This document shows positions 57,784 through 64,000 of a stretch of DNA of 64,000 bases, in pieces. The stretch comes from Tubiluchus corallicola (taxonomy: Eukaryota > Animalia > Priapulida). Both the position numbers and the translations under genes were made by a program. The notes under the pieces are model-generated. The model was not told the DNA's origin. It saw only the letters and a list, made by a program, of their open reading frames with translations, and made no database searches. The DNA lies in assembly GCA_030141605.1 (NCBI GenBank), contig JAQGDQ010000475.1, forward strand, positions 1 through 64,000, written 5' to 3'. Positions within the stretch are counted from its first letter, which is position 1. Each line of letters starts with the position of its first letter.

Positions 57784-60041
57784 AAGTGAGAAACTAGCTG
57801 TGTGACAAACACAACCAGCAGTTTGGTTCGAAAACGATGTTAGAAAAGCATAAATCTGGTAAATCAACATGAAGCTCAAAACCGCAAGGTAGCTGACATA
57901 CTTCCTTATACTATTGAGAACAAGAGTATTTGACGCATCGACAGTTTTCATAAATGTTATTTTCTACGACACGCATAAGTTAAGAGGTATCGTGCTTTTT
58001 TAGTCTGGCTTCGTCATTGGCCAATAGAGGGGTGAGCATCGAACGTTCGAGTTCGAACGTTCAAATCAAATTCTGCAAAATGAGAATTAAGACAGTGAGA
58101 CAATATTGGTGACAAAATACTATTTAGAGACCAAACAATTTTACCTTTCAATCTTGTAATGTCAACTAGAAAGTTTTTACTTGTTAAAAGTCACCATACA
58201 GTATTTATCATTGTGTTTCAAATATCTTTAGCATTTCTCTATAATGCCTATTACCAACCAGCAAGCAAAGATACATCATCTGCGCACAGCATACAACACA
58301 GAACGTACACAGATTTCTCCAACACAAGAATCCAGACCAACACGCCTTACATCGGATGTAATATAGAATTTATCACTTTTTACGTTTTCTCATTTCACAT
58401 AAATGCAGTGTAGAAATGCAGAATTTGTTGCACCATTCTAATAAAATCCTAGTGAATCACCTTCGAATGCCCTTTTTTAAAAGTTTCATAAACAATCTAT
58501 CGTGTAATATTTTGTCAAACGCCTTAATATCAGCTTCCTGAAATGGTATAACACAACTATTCAATTTTGTAAAGAAATTTGCAGTTCCTTAATTACAAAT
58601 GCATGGACTCGTTTTTGCGTCCAAATGATTTATCATAATTGATCACTTTGTAAAGTTACCAAATTCGAAGAGCAAAACTATTCAACATGGTGCAACCAAA
58701 ATTCTATAAGCTAATGCATTGCTCATAGTAAATTTTTAAAGACTATGGAACCCTTTAGTATTTTTTATTATTAAAAAGGCATTATTAGTTTTTTCTTATT
58801 TTTCATAACTATGGTACATGATATTCTTCCATTCAATACAGACTCTGTGGTGCTTGGAGGAGTTGCCACTTCACGATGTGATAATTGCGATTTTCAATTA
58901 CGAATTTATGATATTGTTACTTTAGCAGCAGGGACATATTCAACTGTGCTGGTGCCCTGAGCACACCTGGCTTCGGCTCTCCTTTGTCTCATTGCACATT
59001 TTGCGGCTCAAAGCATTTACAACACAAATTATGCGATGCTATAAAAAAACAAACTTTCTTTGCTTTATGAAGGATTTGTGCCACGTAAATTCTTCATTAA
59101 CTCCAAAATGAAACTTTAATTAAAGAAATGATTTACAAAGAAGAAGGTTTGATGCTTGCCAACATCAATAAAAGATGAGCATTTATAGCAAACATTAAGG
59201 ACAACTTAGTGAGTTTGAAGTACAACATTCCCAGTCAGTAGATGGTAACACTTGTGCATGCAAAAGAACTTGTTTTGACTAGCACAGATTTTTGTGTTCA
59301 AAAACTACAAATTTTGCTAACTCATATTAGATCGTGCACCATGTGGTGTTACTAAATGCTTACAGGCCTGTCCACTGATGATCATTAATGTACAAGCATT
59401 GTACACAGTCTGTGCAAACAACTATTTTAACAATGTTTACTGGTTACATCAGCTTTTGTTAAAGCAAAATTATAGGCAGTGTACTATGCAATGTGTCAGC
59501 AGTTTTCCAAACAAGAATCTTCCAAAATAAAACCTACAGTCAGCGTAGCCAATCTTCCTGGTGGAAGCGTTTAATAGACCAACGTCATCATGTACCTCCG
59601 TTCCTCGTCTTTTCAGGCAGCTATATAGCCCCTTCCAAGAGTTGCGTTAGGTGCAGCAAGTAGGTTTTTCTCTACGATTTTGAAAAAGCCTGGAGGTGGT
59701 TCTGGGAAAATGCAAGTTACAGAAAACTGTGGCTCTCACACGAATTCTAAATGTGCCTACTACACCCACTGTTGAATTAGCTATCCAACCATTTTTAGAA
59801 ATAAGATGAATTGTATAAATTTTGTGCAAGATGGGCAAAAAGGGCTAGTTTTGAGGTTTTTCGTCCCTCGTTTCTTGATAACAACATGTACATCGCATGT
59901 ATACCAGTATTGTCCTGTACATCAAAAACAGAAATATCAATACCTTGCTAATACATATCAGGTATTGATAAGATGCAATGCACTGATGTGAGAAACGACT
60001 CAGCCAAAGTATCTCAATCTCCCGTAACCCCTTTACCTTAC

Positions 60042-60273
60042 CTTTTGAACTGTGAAAAACGTTTATGGTGTTCAACGTGCTTTATTAAAATTTTACTTCA
60101 TTTTAGTTTAAATTTATTTATCAATAACATTCATTTTTTGCAAGCTTGATGCCCTAAATGCGTGCTTAGTTTGGTTATAAACTGCTTAGCAGAAGAAGTC
60201 GTGCAAAAACGCCGTGGGTGTCATTTTAGCTGCGTCACCAGGGAAAAATTTTCCATTTTATAGCACTTCCAGC
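60042..60273. promoter_or_regulatory. Putative bidirectional promoter and 5' UTRs between CTDNEP1 and ubiquilin
   Basis: Minus-strand donor AAAG|gtaagg at 60041, about 230 nt from the ubiquilin ATG. A minus-strand acceptor ttttgcag near 58073 lies upstream of the CTDNEP1 ATG. CRE-like TGCGTCA near 60231. Confidence 0.4.
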
Positions 60274-63200
60274 ATGGCGGATGGTAATGAAGATTCCGGA
60301 GATCTAATTAATTTAGTTATTAAAACACCAAAAGAAAAGCACGATGTTAAAATTAGTCAAAACGCTACAGTTAAAGAAGTACGTATACCATAAAATTATA
60401 TAAATGTTGTTGACTGTTGTGTCATCAAATTCTTGCTGATGTACAGTTTGAGGTTATGCAATTGTATACATTTTGTCGCAATATTTTAATTATTGTGCTG
60501 TTTCACAAGCGACGAACTGCTTTTGATGATTTTACAGTTGATTTTTTGATACTTTATTTTAGTACAAATCAAACGTTAGATTATTATTTCTGAACTCGTT
60601 AAAATATTAGTTTAATAATAGTATAAACGTTATTTTAATTTTAATGTTATTAATTGTTTAAATTTATACATACGGAAAATACTCTTTTGAAACTAAGGTA
60701 CTACTGTCAGCAAAAGCAAAAGTTTTGGTTTCTTAAGCTTAGTTGGATTTCTGTTTTATGTTACAAGATGACGTTAATATCATACTGGTGATATTTGCAT
60801 AAAATAATATGTAATGAAAATACGTTTTCTCATGTTTTCAGTTAAAAGAAAAACTCATACCACTTTTTAGTGCTTCGTTGGAACAACTTTGCCTGATTTT
60901 CGCAGGAAAGATTCTAAAGGACCCCGACACCCTGACACAACATAGTAAGTTGAAACTTTCTGCTGCTCTGCAGAGCAACAATTTAAAACTGAATGTACAG
61001 AAAAGCAAGACATATAGACATACATAGACATGGACATTTATTTTCTCCAAATGTGTCACAAATTTCCATTTTACAAAAAAATAACTTTATCCGTGGAGAT
61101 GGGGCGAGGAAGGACCATAGGTCATCTAGTCACTCACCCCTTATAATTTAATATTGTAATAGCAGAAAAAAGAATTGATGACACTAGATGCAATTATTGT
61201 TAATTACTCAAAAAATAATCTAAATAAAGCAATAACAAAAAGAAAAATATATAAACAAACATAACAACAATGGCATAAGTGAAAAAAAGAATTATAATAA
61301 ATGAAGATGATGAATAAGTATCACAATAATTAGTTACGAATGAAATAAAATGATAATAATGCAAAGTTGTTTACAAAAGCTAGTAACTAGCTGTTACTAA
61401 ATGGAACTAAGTATCGTTTATCATCATTGGCCAGTTGAGATTATAAACAAAGTAATTTTATTTGAAAAGACAATGGTGACCATGCTGTCCTTGTCGGAAT
61501 TCATTGCTTTGCTGGCCATGTCAATTAACATATGTACATTTCTATAGTTCATGTTACTTCATACAGATACCATCACATCTTTTTCTTTCTTTCTTTTCTC
61601 TATTAACCTTTCTTTTCTATTCCTTTACCGCTCTTTTCTACTACACTCAATCCACATTCATTTGGGGGTGCTCTGTACAAGTAATTACTTCTTGAGTACC
61701 CCACGGGTCATTTGCAGCTTGGCATCTTGTGTACATAATAATAAATATGTTATTAAATACTTTTATGTGCAATGCTGTAATGATCGTTGCGGAAATATAA
61801 ATAAATAAATAAATAATAATAAACAAAAAAGTTTTGAAGTTTATGCAGGACTTGTCATGTCACTGCTCCTTCTCAGTTGCAATAAAATGTCAAAATAATT
61901 ATGTCGAATTTTAACTGCTATTGAGAAAATAAAATTGAATTGAATTGACGTGTTCTTCTCTCTTTTTACTTTTCAGATATAAAAGATGGTTTAACAGTTC
62001 ATCTTGTTGTGAAGTCTGCAAATAAGGTATGGATAAGCTAATAACTAAGTCACCTAAAGACTTACATATATAATGTCACTTCATTTGTATTTCTTACGCT
62101 AAAAGATCTCTCTCTCTCTCTCTCTCTCTCTCCGTCTCTCTCTCTCTTTCTCTCTCCCTTTCTCTGTCCTCACTTTATTGTCACTAGGAGTGCGAAACTG
62201 CTACAGTCTTCAGAAATAAGAGGTATAAGTTTTGCAAAAAACGTCCGAAAAAAATGGAGGTCCCCCCGTTCATCCCGGTGGGCCCGAATCGAAAAATGAT
62301 GGCACGACACTAGATCGAGACCTTTCGTTTGATGTATAGATCGCCGCAAATGGTGCAGCCATCGAACCTGTAGCCTCGAATCCTATATATATATATATAT
62401 ACCAGCGAAATTAATATATAATAGTGGTTTCACAGCGGTTGTAGACTCGTGAAAGCACTTTTAGAAAATGCTATAAACTACTTTGCAGCGGAAAGTTCGA
62501 AAATAAAATACTTCACTTTCGCGATAAAAAGCTCGTCCGAAATCTGCAATCCGCCGCGTCTCGCTTGTGCAAACCACTGTAGCAATGTTTAATGAATGTT
62601 CTGCAGGGATGAGAATTTTCCGCGATACGAGGAAGTTTTTGGAAGACCAGTAGTGCCATTTTTGTAAATCTTGTAAATTCGTTGAGAACATTTTTACGGA
62701 CCCAGTACATTATTTCACAAGCTGACCGCTAGGTGGCAGGCGGACACTTTGTTTACATCACATACATCAGTGTAATCACGTTTGTATCTCTGTGTATAAA
62801 TGTATAGAATCAATTGTGCGGAGTTATTTGTGTCAATTGCAGACAGTTTTTATATACTTTTGCATAGGAGCGGCTAGTACTTAGGCATTTTTGAGACAAT
62901 CAGGTATCATGTATCCTTGATAGTTGGATATTTTAAATTATGCATGAAACAAGGTAATTGATATTTTAAGTCCACTTAGAGTCTCTATGGTCACAAAATT
63001 GCCATTTGTTGCTGGCTCCCCTTAAGCTCCATTGGGGACCTAGGCGGCCCCAAAACCCCCGGCCTGGTTCAGAGTTTTTTGCAATTTGTCATTCTCATCC
63101 CTGAATCCGCTGTGTCTCGCTTGTGCAAACCATGCTTACGAAAAGGTAGTACATATGTAAGTGGTATAAAATTTCGAGACGGATTTTTTAAGCTTTGTGT

Positions 63201-64000
63201 AAGTGGAGGGCTTTCTTGTGTTATAAGCTTAACTGTAATCTAGTGCAAATGGGTGGACAAAAGAAAAGTGCACTGTAAAAAATTGAAATTCCTAGTAATA
63301 CAGGCAATTGGGCCTGAGAAAATGTCCACAGTTTGCAAGTACGCTGTATTGAAAGCTATTACACTAGCTCAGTGGTTCTTAACGTTGTTGGAGGTACCGA
63401 ACCCCACCGGCTTCATATACGCATTCACCGAACCTCTCTTTAGTGAAAAATAAAATATGATTTTTTTCAAATTCAAGACATAGATATGTTTTTTACTGGT
63501 ACACAAAATGAGCCGTGCATGAACATCACCTTGTTCAAAGAACAAGACCAACACAATGCATAAACTCACAACAAATTACATACCTGCAAATCAGTGTGAC
63601 TTCTGCTGTTGCCTTTGAGAGACCAGTTCAGATATGCGTGACTTCACCTTGGCAAGTGCCACTCTCATGTCATTTTCACAGCAAAGTCTGTTCCTCTGCC
63701 GAACCCCTGAGATCGACTCACCGAACCCCTAGGATTCGATCAAACCCAGGTTAAGAACCACTGCACTAGCTAAAGGAATAATGAAAGTTCGTTTTTTTGT
63801 GAGTTCGCATTACTGGTGTTGACTCAATGAGCCGTGTTCGCTATAATGGTGTTATACTGTACCTGCATCTTTATTAACGTCAGTTCATTTCCACAGTCTG
63901 GCATGTTGTTGTTAATGAATGCGATGATCGTTAAACGCATCTAAACGTTTTAGGCTCAAGAGCAAGCGGCAAACAGAGCCCAGTCGTCAACGTCCGCAAC
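60274..64000 (+). CDS. UBQLN: Ubiquilin, 5' part (N-terminal UBL domain); exons 60274-60378, 60842-60944, 61977-62026, 63954->64000
   Basis: MADGNEDSGDLINLVIKTPKEKHDVKISQNATVKE|LKEKLIPLFSASLEQLCLIFAGKILKDPDTLTQH|NIKDGLTVHLVVKSANK|AQEQAANRAQSST. VKTPKEK-, LIFAGKILKD- and DGLTVHLV-type motifs are typical of the ubiquilin UBL; GT-AG boundaries are in phase. Confidence 0.93.
62604..63103. mobile_element. hAT-like MITE (copy of 54984-55488)
   Basis: CAGGGATGAGAAT...ATTCTCATCCCTG; reverse-complement match to 54984-55488. Confidence 0.7.
63370..63763. mobile_element. hAT MITE
   Basis: TIR CAGTGGTTCTTAAC / GTTAAGAACCACTG; perfect 8-bp TSD CACTAGCT. Confidence 0.85.

Overview
AT-rich, repeat-dense genomic DNA from a eukaryote, most likely an invertebrate animal. 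GT-AG introns are present and the species cannot be identified from the sequence. Hand-splicing supports four genes. (1) A minus-strand CEP104 orthologue (9 coding exons in the window, continuing off the left edge) carries an unexpected ~631-aa charged N-terminal extension. (2) A plus-strand C2H2 zinc-finger gene has three fingers resembling Glass fingers 3-5. (3) A complete minus-strand CTDNEP1/Dullard (7 coding exons, 243 aa). (4) The 5' part of a plus-strand ubiquilin, head-to-head with CTDNEP1. The most striking structure is at 24303-29418. Two recently duplicated, intronless LRR/LRRCT cell-surface-type ORFs sit between the two halves of one split TTAA-type (Kolobok-like) non-autonomous transposon, and their differences concentrate in the predicted concave beta-strand positions. 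Other oddities are an 8-fold tandem array of the CTDNEP1 last-exon splice acceptor (most copies carry an immediate stop) and minisatellites derived from transposon ends. The rest is microsatellites, intronic minisatellites, MITEs (hAT, pogo/Tigger, Kolobok-like), Helitron-like elements and LINE 3' fragments. All homology calls come from remembered family motifs, not database searches.
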